Assembly: GCF_004010195.1 (NCBI RefSeq)
Contig: NC_057726.1
Coordinates: 70,199,623 to 70,263,622 of the forward strand
DNA from: Chiloscyllium plagiosum
Lineage: Eukaryota
Length of the DNA stretch: 64,000 nucleotides
Reading direction: 5' to 3'
In this document: piece after piece, positions 26,490 to 39,706 of the stretch
Position numbering within the stretch: position 1 is the stretch's first letter
Layout: each line of letters opens with the position of its first letter
Translations under genes and position numbers: made by a program
The notes under the pieces: model-generated
Seen by the model: only the letters and a program-made list of their open reading frames with translations
The model's database searches: none
What the model was told of the DNA's origin: nothing

Positions 26490-26870
26490 TAGAGTCATAG
26501 AGATATGCAGCACAGAAATAGACCTTCCGGCCCAACTCGTCCATACGGACCAAATATCCTCAATTAATCTCGCCTATTTGTCAGCATTTGGCCCATTTCC
26601 CTCTAAACATTTCCTGTTCGTTTATCTATCCAGATGCCTTTTAAATGTTGTTATTGTAGCAACCTCCATCACTTCCTCTACCAGCTCATTCCATGCACCA
26701 CCCTCTGCAAGATAAAGTTGTGCCTTAGATCTGTTTTAAGTATTTCTCTCTCACGATTTATCTATGCCATCTAGTTAAAGACACCTCACCCTAGGAATAT
26801 ACCATGTCTGTCTCCCCTATTCATGCCCCTCATGATTTTTAAACCTCTGTAAGTTCAAACCTTCAGTGCT
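26490..26870 (-). mobile_element. CR1 3' end fragment
   Basis: TAGAGTCATAGAG tail; ACCAGCTCATTCCA (WNEL on minus). Confidence 0.75.
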
Positions 26871-27139
26871 TTCTTTTGACCACGGTGGACACAATGAACG
26901 GAAGGGCATTTTTATTCTCTACATCGATGTCTATGACACTATAACGATGACTCTATAGTAAACATTATGAAATATTGCACATTTCTTAATGAAATAAATC
27001 TATGTGCATTTTCCATGGCAAAATCCACTACCAACCAGAGTGGACTGGAGAGTATAGTTCGTATAACTTACAAGCAAAGTGTAAGGAAAATTGCAATTAA
27101 TGTCAAAAATACCAGGCAAGCTTTTAATCATTATAGGAA

Positions 27140-27730
27140 CAGCTGAAGGGAGGTACTGGGTTAATGATGTTATCATTGGACTAGTTATCAAGAAAAATGA
27201 GTAGCATCTTGGGATCCTGAGTTCCAATCCCGACATATTAGATTGATTGATATTGGAGCAATGTTTCTCGAATAAGTTTATTAATGTGTTTGCTATGACT
27301 GCTGCAACAACTCATGTGGTAAATTAAGAAACGGAATCTCTGTCCGTACATGGTTTTCGTGTAACTCCAGACCCACAGTGTTGAGTTTGACTTTTAATTA
27401 TGCTCATTTATAGTCGAGCAAGAAAACGTGTTTGAACTGGCTAACATCTCTCCAAAAGAAGTGAAACCGAACAACTCATAACATTAACGTAAGCAATGGA
27501 AATGAAAATGGCAAACTCAGTCCTATCGCATCTGCACAATGTCCTTTCCCATCACCTGGAGTTTCCAGGCCAAACTCAGAGAGATGCCTCACAGGTTCGT
27601 CAGTTCACTGCCTGAAACAATCATAATCATTGTATCATGCCTTATAATGTCCTCAACAGCATCATTGCCAACCCTGGGTATATTCTGCCCTACTCCCAGG
27701 GTGGACCCACTAAAGGTTGGTGATATTCAA
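27140..27730 (+). mobile_element. Degenerate tRNA-like head plus LINE 5' remnant
   Basis: CATTGGACTAGT..GAGTTCCAATCCC..GTAACTCCAGACCCACAG resembles the SINE at 59360-59636. Confidence 0.45.
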
Positions 27731-27803
27731 AGATCTTGTGCTAATTAACCAACCTGTTACAGGCATCCGGCTTTGTTTATATAGGTTTTTTTTTAACTAC
27801 TGC

Positions 27804-28441
27804 TGATATGGAATAGACCAGACCCCCTCAAAATAGTATATGAAGGTAGCTTAGACCCTAAAGTATTCTTATTCCAAAATTTGATGTGAATTTTCATTTT
27901 CCAAATGCAATGTGACTGGTCAAACTACTCGATGTTAAGCAGAACATTTATTTAAGCACTGCAGTTAAAATACAAACAAAAGGAAGAACAATTTAGAAAA
28001 AAAAGGCTACATTGGAAAACGTAATAGTAGAATAATAGATACAGTAACTATTATTAATTAACTATTCTAATATAGCCATCCCATAAACACACTCCTTGGC
28101 AGGAAAGGAAAATTCATACAGGGATTCTCACGTGAAGATCTCCAATCCTGGATTAACAAAACATCAAGAGAAAATTCCAAGAAAGTAACAGCTAGGAGAC
28201 ATTCGCTGAGGCTTTTCAGAACCAAAAGCTTCTGCTCAACATTAAACCTAAAAGCTAAAAAAAACCTATAAAGCCTGGTTTCTGAGAGTTGGCCACACCC
28301 AGTCTGCTTCCGTTATACAACATGTTTAAATCACCCAAGACTTCACAAATTGTTTACTTTTTTCATGACAGTTCATGACCTTTGTCTTACAACTTGTTTA
28401 AAAAAAACACGTTATCCTCTTAAAGTGACAGCATTGTCACA
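27804..28441. mobile_element. Solo LTR (probably Gypsy-type)
   Basis: Starts TG and ends CA; flanked by 4-bp direct repeat CTGC (27800-27803 and 28442-28445); 638 bp, non-coding. Confidence 0.65.
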
Positions 28442-29429
28442 CTGCCTCGCCTTGCCACTTATTGCAGAAACAAAGCCAGGAAGCTTGTCAACGCCGGCAG
28501 GCCTCAGATCACATGGTATCGCCTTCACACAGTACATTCCAGAAGAGTAAGTGTAATTCAAGCACCAATCCAAGTCAGGCCATGCTGTGAGCAATCAGAG
28601 TCTGGATCCTCTGCTGATAGAGAAGTGGCCAGCCGAATGATGTACAGCACACACTAGTCTTTCTTTTCCTTATTGGGAGCTCTTTTCATATTGGAGCGAG
28701 AGACAGACACAGAAATAACGGAAAGTGAAAGATGTCACAGCATGTATTGTGACGCAGGTGAGTGAGTGGGCCATACAGAAGGCCTGGTGTGGCAGGTTGG
28801 GAGAATGTGACTCATCAGAGAGAAGTGGTGCAACTTCTGTTGGAGGAGTGTGAGAGAACATTCATCTTCTTCATACAGCGCTTGGCATTCTTTCAGATGG
28901 CCATGTTTACCCTAACCTGAGCAAGCTAATCCGGGTATTTGTATTCTGCCTCTTATTTCAGCATCCAGTTTTTACCAGTTTTTAATTGACAGCCCTACTT
29001 AACTACCCAAGCCAACACAGTCTCAGATATTTAATTGTTTACGCTTCAAATTAATTCCACTTGAGCACTTAATTACAAAACTGAAAATAGAATTACAACA
29101 GCTAAAATACATTTTGACAGGTGCATGTGTAGGAAAGACTGAGAGGGATGTGGGCTAAATGGGGCTAGTTCACTCAGGAAACGTAGTCAAAATTGTGGAG
29201 TTGGACCGAAGGGACTGTTTCTGTGCTATTTGACTCTATGGCTCTAATTGATCTCACCAAACATCGAGCAGCAATTATTACCAGATTTTGAGGCAAGAGA
29301 TAAACTATTAACTCCACTTTACAAAACTCCCACATGCCACCCAGTGCAGCTTGCACCCATGTATCTGTACTTGTACTTTGGTGAAACACTGATAAAATGA
29401 GAACTGTAGCTGCTAGAGAGTCGGAGTCG

Positions 29430-29535
29430 GGGTCGAAAAGTGTGGTGCAGAAGGGCTTCTGCCCGAAAAGTCGACTCTCCTGCTCCTCGGTGCTGCCTGA
29501 CCTGCTGTGCTTTCCCAGCGCCACACTTTTCGACC
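29430..29535 (+). mobile_element. Penelope pLTR fragment
   Basis: GAAGGGCTTCTGCCCGAAAAG..GCTGCCTGACCTGCTGTGCTTTCCCAGC. Confidence 0.7.
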
Positions 29536-30839
29536 ATGGAGAAACACGCACGGGTCACGTCAGGCGCTGAACTTCTTTTAAGATTGCATTAAATTATAAT
29601 GGTTTGAGAAATAGACAGTGATAACTTCTAAGTTTCTTAGTTATTCTGCTTGAACCTACGGAGGAAATAAATGTTCTTGACAGGACTCTGAAATATACAT
29701 AGAAACAATATGAACTTAGTGCAATACTAAAGGTTGCCATTGATAGGAAATCGCTCATAAACAGGCACGGCAATAAGGAATCAGGAATCAACAAGACAGA
29801 GAAACAACTTTTGATCCAATGGATCCTGCTGCATCAATCATCTTTTTCCACGCGGAATTGTACATAAAAACATTCGGTTCATTTTCCAAAATACAGACCT
29901 GGGTGAAATGCATGTCGTTCTGGCTGTTCTATGTTTCCGAGAGCATCCATGCAGGTTTATCCACGATATTCCATATGTCTCCATAATTGCTGTAAAACAT
30001 CAGTTTCTGATTTTAATTTTAATTCTAGTTTTATATTTCTATCGTTGTGACCTGCATCGGCAAAGGAGATTTGTGTTTTTCTAGCCTGTGTGTACTTTTC
30101 TTACAGCGTTTAGCAACGCATCTTTGAAATGGGAGAAAAAATAGATTTGCAAAGTAACCTCCTTACATATCGCCGTGGTGTTGGTTGTTTTGCTAATTTT
30201 GAAGCATTCTATGACCAATACCTAAATCCTCGATTCAGGTTCATAGAATTGATGCCACAGATGTTATGTGATCATCGAAATCAAAAATTCTTCTTTTATA
30301 TCCAACCCTCTGGTGAGGAAAAGCTTCTGGTTTGGAAAGAGATGAAATTGACAATAAAGTCAAAATGTGGAGGATTAAACCAATATATAGTTTAATAGCT
30401 TTGCTGACCTCTTTTGAACATATCATCAGTTTAAAAAATTACATATTCACTGGGTCACAATGAGCGGCCTTAATATGAAAGATTGGTTGTGCCATTTACC
30501 AATTTCCTGAATGATGGGTGTCATTTGCATGACCTACCTGCATGATTTCACTCAAAATGTTGCTGCGACAGTGACTGTGTATTTTGTTTGTCAAGTTTCT
30601 GTCACCGGCGATAAACATTGATTGTCCTTATTTTAGAAGTCTATCTTCATTTTCTGTCCTCTTTCGATGAGCCAGTGAAATGGTCGTACTGAATGTCGTT
30701 TTCAAGTCGCCCAAAATACCTTCCAATCCACCCTTTATTGCAGAATTAACTTGAAAAAGACACTTGCAAGCTGGAACAGAGTGGGTGAGACAACCCAGGT
30801 CAGATCTTACACCGTTCATGAAAGGATTCTGGGGAGTGT

Positions 30840-32330
30840 TGTTCAATAGAGGGGCCTCGAGATGCAGGTTCATAGTTCCTGCAAAGTGATTTCACAAGAA
30901 GTGGTGAAGAAGGCGTTCATTATCTTCATTGGTCAGAGCACTACATACCGGAGTTGGGACGTCATCTTGTGTTTTACAAGACATTGATGAGGCCACTTTT
31001 AGAAAAAGATCTACAATTCTGGTAACCCAGCTGAAGGAAGAATATTATAGAGTCATAGAGATTTACAACTCGTCTCCACCCTAATCTAATCTAGTCCCAT
31101 TTGCAAGCACGTGGATCATATCTCTCGAAATCTTTCCGATTCATATACCCATCTAGATGCATTTAAAATGTTGTAATTGTACCAGCCTCCACATCTTCAC
31201 CCGTCAGCTCATTCCATTTATGCATTATCCTTTATGTGAAAATGTTTCCCCTGAAGTCCCATTTAGTTTTCAGCTCTGACACGAAAGTTGTGCCCTCTAG
31301 TTCTGGATCCCCCAACCCCAGGGAAGCAACCTTGTCTATTTGCCCTATACATGCCCCTTGTGTTTTTATAAACTTCTATAAGGTCATCCCTTATCCTCCT
31401 ACACTCCAGAGAAATAAGTCCTGGCCTATTCAGCCTCTCGCTCTGGCTCAGACAATCTAGCCCTGTCAACATCCCTGGAAATCGTTTCTGCACCCTTTCA
31501 AGTTTCGCAACCTTCCTACAGGATGGAGACCAGAATTGCATACAATATTCCAAAAGTGTCTTACAAAAGAGCCAGTGCCCTACACAGTTGCAACATGACC
31601 TCCCAACTCCTATACTCAGTGCTCTGACCAATGAAGGAAAGCATACCAAATGCCGTCTTCACTACACTAGTTTACCTGCGACTCCATTCTCAAGGAAGCA
31701 TGAACCTACACTTCAAGCTCTTTTTGTTCAGCAACACTCCCCAAGACCTCACCATTACATGCATTAGGCCTGCCGGGATTTATCTTTCCATAATGCAGCA
31801 GCTCACAATTACTTAAATTAAACTCCATCTGCCACTCAGGCCCAATTACCCATCTGAGCAAGATCCTGTTGTACTCTGAGGTACTGTTGTTCACTATCCA
31901 CTATATCTTCCATTTTGGTGTCATCTGCAAACGTACTAAGTACACCTCTGATGTTCACATTCAAAGTATTTATATAAATGCCAAGAAGCAACAAACCAAG
32001 CGCCGATCCTTGTGGCACAGCACACTGGTCACAGCCTCCAGTCAGAAAGGCAACCCTCTACCACCAACTTCTGCCTTTTACATTCGAACCAGTTCTGTAT
32101 CCAAATGGACAGTGCTCCCAGTATTCCATGTGATCTAACCTTGCTAACCAGTCTACCATGAGAAACCTTGTTGAAAGCCTTCCACAAGTCCACGTAGATC
32201 AAGCCCACTCCTCTGCTCTCATCAGTCCACTTCGTTACTTCTTCCAAAATTCAATCAAGTAGGTGAGACATGGTTTGCCACGCACAAAGCCATGTTGACT
32301 ATCCATAATCAGTCCTTGTCTTCCCAAATA
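30840..32330 (-). mobile_element. CR1-type LINE RT to 3' end (minus, 31047-32330), preceded by a short plus-strand CR1 piece
   Basis: PQGSALGLLL..FADDTK, WQMEFN, LEYCMQFWSP, VDLWKAFNKVSH. Confidence 0.88.
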
Positions 32331-32364
32331 TAAAAAGAGCACCGAAAATAGTCACAAGGATGTT

Positions 32365-32580
32365 GATTAGATTTCCTATAGTACAGAAACAGGTCCTTCA
32401 GCCCAACAAGTCGACACCTGACTAATGCATCTAATATTATGGGCAATTTAGCATGGCCAATCCACCCTAACCTGCACATTTATGTGACTGTGGGAGGAAG
32501 CCGGAGCACCCAGAGAGAATGTGCAAACTACACAGAGAGAGAGGCAGCAGTGCTAACCACTGTGCCACCGCACCGCCCAC
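32365..32580 (-). mobile_element. HE1/V-SINE-type SINE (internally deleted)
   Basis: GGCAGCAGTGCTAACCACTGTGCCACCG head and GGGCAATTTAGCATGGCCAAT core. Confidence 0.8.
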
Positions 32581-32709
32581 CGTGCCATCCATGTTGCTAT
32601 CACTGGATGGTTTGAGTTATAACAAGATGTTCGATTGGCTGGAATTTTGTTTGCTGGAACTGAAGAGGTTGGGTTGACCGGTCCTTTTTCCGTGCTGCAT
32701 GACTCTATT

Positions 32710-33110
32710 CTTTGCCTTTTCTCCCTGGAAATTCTGAGGCTGAGGGGTGATCTTAAAGACAGTAAAGACATAAGAGACATAGATAAAGTGAAACCAGATT
32801 CTTTCTTCGAATGTAGAGGAGTCCAAAGCTACCGCTCAGAAATTTAAGCTGAGAAAGGTAAGATTTCAGAGGGACGTGAGGGGTATATTTTCATACAGAT
32901 GGTGGTGCGTGTGTGGAATGAGCTACCAGAGGAAGTGGTAGAGGTGGGTAAAGTATAACATGTAAAACACATTTGAACAGGTACATTAATAGGTAAAGTT
33001 TCGAGGCATTTGGGCGAAGCGCAGGCAAATGGGACGAGGTCAGTTCTGGATACCTGGTCGGCATGAACGAGTTTGACCGGACAGTCTGTTGTGCTGTATG
33101 ATTCTATGAC
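32710..33110 (+). mobile_element. CR1 3' end
   Basis: LRLRGDL; TGGAATGAGCTACC; ATTCTATG tail. Confidence 0.8.
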
Positions 33111-33567
33111 ACTAATAACTAACAATAACTATAGCAACTAACAATAGCTGACAGAATCCAATGAAATGGACATCTAAAGGTGTTTCAGACATCACGCACC
33201 ATGAATAAAATTTGTCTACAGTGCCTGAATTGTGGGGATCGACTGTCGTCATATGATCGTGACATTCTGAAACAACAATGCTGCTTGAGCCAGAGATCAG
33301 GGCATCGATTCCTTCATTCAGCGACATACATCATGGAACCATTCACGGAATCCTTTCTGAGTCACCGCAGCAGAAGTGCAAATAGTAAATTCACATACTT
33401 TAGCTTTAATCATGTAGGGGCAATGATGAGTACAGGATATAGATAGTTTCCTGCGAATGGGCCGGGAGAAATCTCAAACGTCACCAAAACTGACGCATTG
33501 ACAAGACTCATTGGAAACCAACCATCTTCTCGTCAGTTGTTGTGAATTTGTATACACGCACACAGCA

Positions 33568-33628
33568 ATGCAAACGATCACTTCAGTTTAGCTGCTCAAG
33601 ATGCTCCAGAATCTTACTTCACTGCACG
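33568..33628 (+). pseudogene. Candidate leader exon of Ig-superfamily pseudogene
   Basis: MQTITSV*LLKMLQNLTSLH+G|GTCATG, phase 1 matching the V exon; in-frame TAG and weak donor. Confidence 0.4.
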
Positions 33629-33862
33629 GTCATGTTATCGATCAGTTACACAGATTTATGTGTTCCGTGCTCTTCTTTCCAAGCGATGACCGTTCTTTCA
33701 CTTTGTTAACGATTAGTACATAATAAAACTTTTTATTTAAATTTAGCCTTTCCTATTGCTGTTTACTTTTTTTCATTGTGCGCATCTTCTCGGATTGTTA
33801 GGTGGATTGATTAATTCGATCGGTAGGTCTTGTTAACTGCTTATATTTTTGTTTTTCAACAG

Positions 33863-34174
33863 CTTCTCACAAGTCTCAACTGATGGTGGGACAGGATCCA
33901 GAGTGCATAGTCAAGAGAGGCGCCTTGGTTAAACTTTATTGCTTTTACCCCAGCTTTCCAGACAAGAAGCCAGTTAAAGTGCAGTGGTGGAGAGATGGGA
34001 GACATGGGTTCTTGGAGGAAAGTTTGGACCGCAGGATCCAGCTTTATTTCTTCACTCAGGAAGGAGCTGTCTTACAACTGGCGGATGTAAGATTGGAGGA
34101 CGCTAGGGTTTATTACTGCAGAGTGACACAAAACGTGGCTGCAAACTGAACCGGCACCAACCTGGTCATGTTTG
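33863..34174 (+). pseudogene. Ig V-set exon with J-like G strand (SIRP-like/antigen-receptor-like), in-frame TGA
   Basis: TTTTTCAACAG| ..VKLYC..VQWWR..AVLQLADVRLEDARVYYCRV..AAN*TGTNLVMF G|GTAAGG. Canonical C-W-DxxxYYC; the TGA at 34147 sits where the first G of GxGT is expected. Confidence 0.88.
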
Positions 34175-35005
34175 GTAAGGATCAGGGAGAGGGGAAAATA
34201 CCGCAGCAGTTGTTTTTAAGGTATTAATCTGAAAATTGTCAAAATGTGGATCGAATCTACAAAAAAAAATTGTCTTCTTTTGATCCGATTTTAACATTTT
34301 AAGACGGAGGTGGGGGGGGGGGTGTAGACCGTTCGGGTCTGCTCCGCGAGTCAATGCCATCATCGCTTATCGGATCATCCCCAGCTCTACTTTCCCGCCT
34401 ATTCCCTCTAACCTTTGACTTAGTTACCAATAACTAAGTCTATGACATCCATAACTAAGTTTATGACATCCACTTCCTGTTTTTGAGTGGGCAATTTTTA
34501 TTGTGGTGTCAAAAGCGAACTCCTTAAATGTCAGAACACAATGATCCTATTCCCAGAAAGAAAATTACACTGAAGGACTACACATCTTAAAATTGGTGCG
34601 AACATGGGAAATTGGATGTTTTGTATATCGGAGTACTTGAGGAAAATGTGAAAATATTAAGACACCGAAATAAACAATTCATTAATTTCAGAGATAGACA
34701 CGAAGGCGTTTGCCGACGATAATTTTAAAACAACAATTACACTCTATGATGTTAAAACTGTGATATTCGTTAGAACGTTTTCCCTTTAAATGTTTGTAAT
34801 TCGGCGCTGATGAACATTTCCGCTTTTTCTTCGAAATGAACCAGCAGATTATTTTAAACTGTGCGGTATCCCCTATTAAACACCGATTTAATTGCATGAT
34901 CTTTGCGGTTTTCTGGCTCTGTTTGACCTTGTGACAGAATTTGCATCACATTTTTCAAATTAAATGCAGGCTTCAACACAAACGTTCCCTTTTCTTTTTG
35001 TTTAG

Positions 35006-35312
35006 TCCCTCCGACTTCACTCAGACTGGTCAAACTGCCGAAGGACGGCTCAGCTTTCCATCTAACTCTTCTTTGCACAACTGCTGCGTTTTTCCCAGAC
35101 AACCTGAACATCACTTGGTACAAAAATGAGTCAGAAATTGCAACCGGGATGGAACATGTCAAACTGCAGAATGCATTCGGGCTCTATGAAGTTTCCAGCA
35201 ACCTGACTGAGACAGAACCCGTTCAGAGCGGCACCGATTACACTTGTGAAGTGTCTCACACATCACTTCGGCCGCCAGTCAATGTCAGCTACACGTTCAA
35301 CAAATTGGATAG
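35006..35312 (+). pseudogene. Ig C1-set exon of the same gene (open frame, not in ORF track)
   Basis: TTTTGTTTAG| phase 1: VPPTSLRLV..LTLLCTTAAFFPDNLNITWYKN..GLYEVSSNL..DYTCEVSHTSL, with C1 hallmarks C-x4-F-F-P, W and YxCxVxH. The 3' boundary is uncertain (nearest GT is phase 2). Confidence 0.88.
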
Positions 35313-35379
35313 GTTCATTCAGTAATATTAATTTTGTTGTATTCTGATTTGCTTCGAAAATGATCATAATTTTCAGATG

Positions 35380-36510
35380 TGCTAATCCTGCTTTGGAACA
35401 AGAGATTCTGACGGTTGAGGGGTGTTTATCCGACTGGACATCAATGTTGTTTATACTGGGTCCTGGAGAGGTCAGTGTTGGGTCCTTGCTGTTTGTGGAT
35501 TATAGAAAAGATTCAGACTTGAATCTAGGAGGCTTGATCAGTAACTTCTCAGATGACACAGAAATTGGTGGACCAGTTAATATAGAGGAGAACCGCAGAT
35601 TGCAAGAATGAATTAAATAAAATATTGTATCGCGTGAAATGCAATAAAATGCAATGGAAAATTTCCACTTGTCGCCATAATCCTGCGCCATTTGATAGTT
35701 TAAGAATAAGAGAAAATTGAAAGACGATAGCGGGGTGTTCGTCCAATGGGTTGGATAATGTGAGGTGACGTATATGGGATGGACAAACAGGCAAGGGGAT
35801 ACAGGACATGTTGAGCGGTAGGAACTTGAGATCAGAGAGACCTTGTTGTGCACTTAATGTATTAGTGCAGTTGAAAAACGTGGTTAGGAAAACGTTTAGG
35901 ATACTTGCCGTCCTTCGTGGAGACATGCGTTTAAGAGAAGGGAGGCTGTAGTGGAACTAGAACCGTTGTTGAAGCCACTGCAAGAGTATTGTGGACAGTT
36001 CTGAAATCGGCATTATACCAGCAATATTATAGGGCTGGGGAAGTTGCAGAAGAGATCTACCAGGATATTGCCTGGACTGGAGATTTTCGCTTATGAAGGG
36101 AGATTGGACAGACTTGGTATGTTTTCCTATGAGCAGAAGAAATTGAGATGTGACACGATTGAGATGTATAAAATTATGAGGAGTGAAGATAGGGAAGACA
36201 GGAAGACAAATTTTCCCCTTGATACAGGTACTATTGAGCAGGGAGACATCGATTGAAAGTAAAGTTGAGTGAGATGTGAGGAATTGCTTTTTACTCAAAG
36301 GGTGGGGGTAATCTGGAACTCAATGCCTGAAAGGGCGGCACAGACAGATACCCTCAAAACATCTAAGAAGTATTTAGGTGTACTTTTGCGGTACCAGGTG
36401 CTGGGAAACGGGACGAGATTGATGAGGTGGCAATTTTTGACAAGAGAGGGCGCGATGAGCGACCGAATAGCTTTTTTCTGTGCTGCAAGCCTGTATGATT
36501 CTATGACATT
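35380..36510 (+). mobile_element. Degenerate CR1-type LINE
   Basis: LISNFSDDTEIGG; QKRSTRILPGL..LDRLG; FTQRVGVIWNSMP; ATTCTATG tail. Confidence 0.85.
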
Positions 36511-38009
36511 CAAAATTTAACTGGCGCCCAGGAATACCACGCGGTGAGTCACTGTTACATCCATTGGTTATTATTTGCCCGATCAATTAGATCGTAGATT
36601 AACTTGGTAAGAGTCCATCATTTTGAGATTTAAGTTTTGTGCATCTCATTATTAAGGGCCATCTGTAGACAGAAGCACTTGCATTTGATGTTAGTTACGA
36701 GAAAATCCCTAACTACTGTTCGCCTGTATTGAAAATCTATGAAAGTTGTAAGTTTCATGGCAAATTGAAAAATATTCATCTTCTAAAAATTATATTAGGA
36801 AAGTTTCCCATCCTCTCAGATACAGATGTCGACCTCGTGCATTCGTTTCAAAATCTCAGCTTTCTATATGTGATAAAACGTGTCTGCACGTAATTGCATC
36901 ATCGGCTTTGGGCCGAAGAATGCCCAGGGGTCGGTTATAGTAATCAAGTTCGAATTCTAGCTGTAAAGTTAAGGAAGCTGGATTTGGGAAGGGGGATGGG
37001 AGCTCAATAACTTTGGTAATAACCTTTAAGCGTGGCTTTTTCTCGACTTCCTAATAGTATTATTCGAAATCTTAACATTGGATATGACAATTGCAGCAGC
37101 TCCTTTTCAGCAAATTAGTGATGGACACGAAATATCGATTTTTAATAAACAGCCTGCACTAGAAAATGCCTGAATCCAAATCAGACAAATAGATATGAAT
37201 ACTCAGACATGACAGCATTTGATATGAAGACTATTTGTACAGATATCAGTTCCATGCAAATGGAGGACTAATTCATGTCTCAGATGTGGCATTCGCCTTT
37301 CCGTGTCATGAAACTGTTTAGCCTACTGTAGAAATATCAGGATCGACAGTCGATTCAGAAAAGTCATTTCCGGTTTAGTATTTTCCTTTTCAATTTCCTT
37401 GCTTTCATGGAAAGGCTATTTTTCTTCCCGACCTGAATGTATCCTGACTTCATTTCCCTTGTCAATGAGACGGTCGGCTCAGGTTTTGCCTTTGCAGCCT
37501 GTTTTCCCCATACCCGAAGTTCTGTGCAGCAAATAAAAGGTCTATTATACTGACTCTAAAATGATGGTTAAACAGTGTTTAGATCCCAGTCGCAAGTATG
37601 TTTGAATTGGTGGCACACATTGGAACATAATGGCCTTCCCAATGTAAATGCTTCCTCTGTCTTCCCAATGTCTATGCTAGGTGCATTTGAAAGGTGTTCT
37701 TGAACTAGATAACGTGAGTTGTCGCAGTGGCTTATGTCGATCGCACTCACTACTGTCTAATGTGCTTCCATGGCAAAGGAAGTCTTTGGGAAGGCAAAAG
37801 GAATTTTGGCATTAATTGAAAGGGGAACGGTGCATAAAAGTAAGTGGTGCTGTGTGTGGTGATGTGCATGAGTGCGGGGGGGGTGGTAGATGCATCAGGG
37901 TTTTTTTTTCGACTTGTGAGACTGTATTTCGAATTTTAGTCTCCACAGTGGAAAATGTGTATAATTGCTTTAAAATCAGCTCAGACAATGTTCGGTCAAC
38001 TAATTCCTG

Positions 38010-38410
38010 ATTAAAAAGATTACCACACGAGATAAGGTGATTTACCCATTCAAGTTTAGAAGGATAAGAATTAATCAGATTGAAACAGCAACGTCCTGAT
38101 TAGACTTGGCCGATTTCGGAAGGATGTTTTCACTTTTAGGATAAACAAACGTACGGAACACCGTTTGAGACCTTGAGGTTTTATGTTTAAGACGAACCTG
38201 TAGAGGGTTTTTCTTGTAGTTAGTGTGTGGAAACAATTTCCCATAATATGATGCTTTTGCAATTAATAAATCTCAGGCGCAATTTGATTGTTTTGTGATA
38301 GACAATGCAGTCAGCGCCAGTGAGGGTAGATTACAATATTAAGTTCAGATGAAAAGCATGGTATTGTGAAATGTCAGGGTAGATTTCATGAACTGAATAG
38401 CCTAATTCTG
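38010..38410 (+). mobile_element. Highly degenerate CR1 3' fragment
   Basis: Remnant 3' UTR ACTGAATAGCCTAATTCTG and residual ORF2 C-terminal similarity. Confidence 0.5.
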
Positions 38411-38749
38411 TTAAGCTCTTCTTTGCTGAATGTAATGGGTGTTACTGTATAAGGTGATCGATGGGATGCTGTTCAATCGTCCTGGATGAATTACAGATGC
38501 TTATTTGCTGCTGATTCTCAACTGACAAACGGAAAGTGTTCTGTCACTCCTGTTGACTGTTCATTACAATTAAAGGACAGGATTTGGGGGAGTCCGTAAT
38601 TGAGTTTCTTGTTTGTTTCGTTTGTCACAGCGTTTATGGGCAGTCAATGGTTCTAATTCATATCGTGGTCAATAATAACACGGGATATTAATTATGGTTA
38701 TTCCCATTAGAGTCGAGCTCTTGAATCTAAGGGAAACTTGCTAATCAGA

Positions 38750-39050
38750 TCACCTATACCTTCCTCCCGATAATTTATGTACATCACAAACAACAGCAGT
38801 CCCAACACGAATTCCTGTGGAACAAGACTGGTCACAGTCCTCCATTTTGAGAAATTCTTTTCCTCTACTACTCTCAGCTGCTGTCCAGCCAGTTCCCTAT
38901 CCAGTAGCTAGCATGCCCTGAAACCCATGGGACTTCACTTTCTCCATCAGCCAACTGTGGGGAACCTTATCAAACCCCTTACTGAAGTCATTGTTCATGA
39001 CATCTACTCCCCTTCCCCCATGAATCAACTTCGTCACTTCCTCAAAGATG
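38750..39050 (-). mobile_element. CR1 RT fragment
   Basis: FEEVTKLI..DFSKGFDKVPH..KVKSHG. Confidence 0.85.
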
Positions 39051-39305
39051 AACGATACAAGCCTGAATGCTTTCCAAATACTTCTGCACTTAGACATGAA
39101 AGGATGCAACATCTAAAGTGTGTAGTGCATTTTAGAAATTGCCAGCGAACTGACATAATAATGGGAGTTAACTCATTGATGCAACAGTTTAAGATGCCTA
39201 TTTCAAAAACAGCGGTTTGAAGGCATACAGCTCTTATATCCTGCAGGTGAACAGATTCGCCTCCGAAAAAAATAACCACACTCCTTTGTCCTACAAATAC
39301 CAGTG

Positions 39306-39343
39306 GGGGGGGGGGGGGGCGGTGGGGGGAAGGGGGGGGGGGG
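39306..39343 (+). repeat. Poly-G tract
   Basis: Long G runs followed by an N at 39345. Confidence 0.85.
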
Positions 39344-39706
39344 CNGCTATGTTCACCCTTTTGAGAATTACCGCTAGATTTTGTGCGATCTCCTGAAGTC
39401 CTTCTCGATGAAATACATGCTCAATTCCAAGGACAGATTCTTTGCTCTCGCATTTCTAATTCAGCTCTAACATCCAGTTTTGGATAAAGATTATCATGAC
39501 TCTGGAGCAGAGTGCAGTTCGGAGACACTGTGCCCAGCATCAGTGCGTGGGGTTTTGAGAATGGTGCTGTTGTTGATGACTGTGTGTCAAGTGGTTATTT
39601 TCTTCCCCACCCTTCGTAGTACCATGACTGCATAATGTTGCCTGATTTGTTTGTTGTGGGATTAATGAACCTTATCCTTCGTATGTTGTTGCAATGTAAT
39701 CTGTTG

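Noticed and set aside
30129-30395. 88-aa ORF as a gene
   Set aside because: No recognisable motif; splice signals favour a different frame.
34147-34149. Selenocysteine or readthrough at the in-frame TGA
   Set aside because: The position corresponds to a conserved Gly (GGA>TGA), no SECIS was recognised, and the candidate leader also has a stop.
33800-35000. RAG recombination signal sequences around the V exon
   Set aside because: No CACAGTG heptamer with a properly spaced ACAAAAACC-like nonamer was seen; V and the J-like strand are in one exon.
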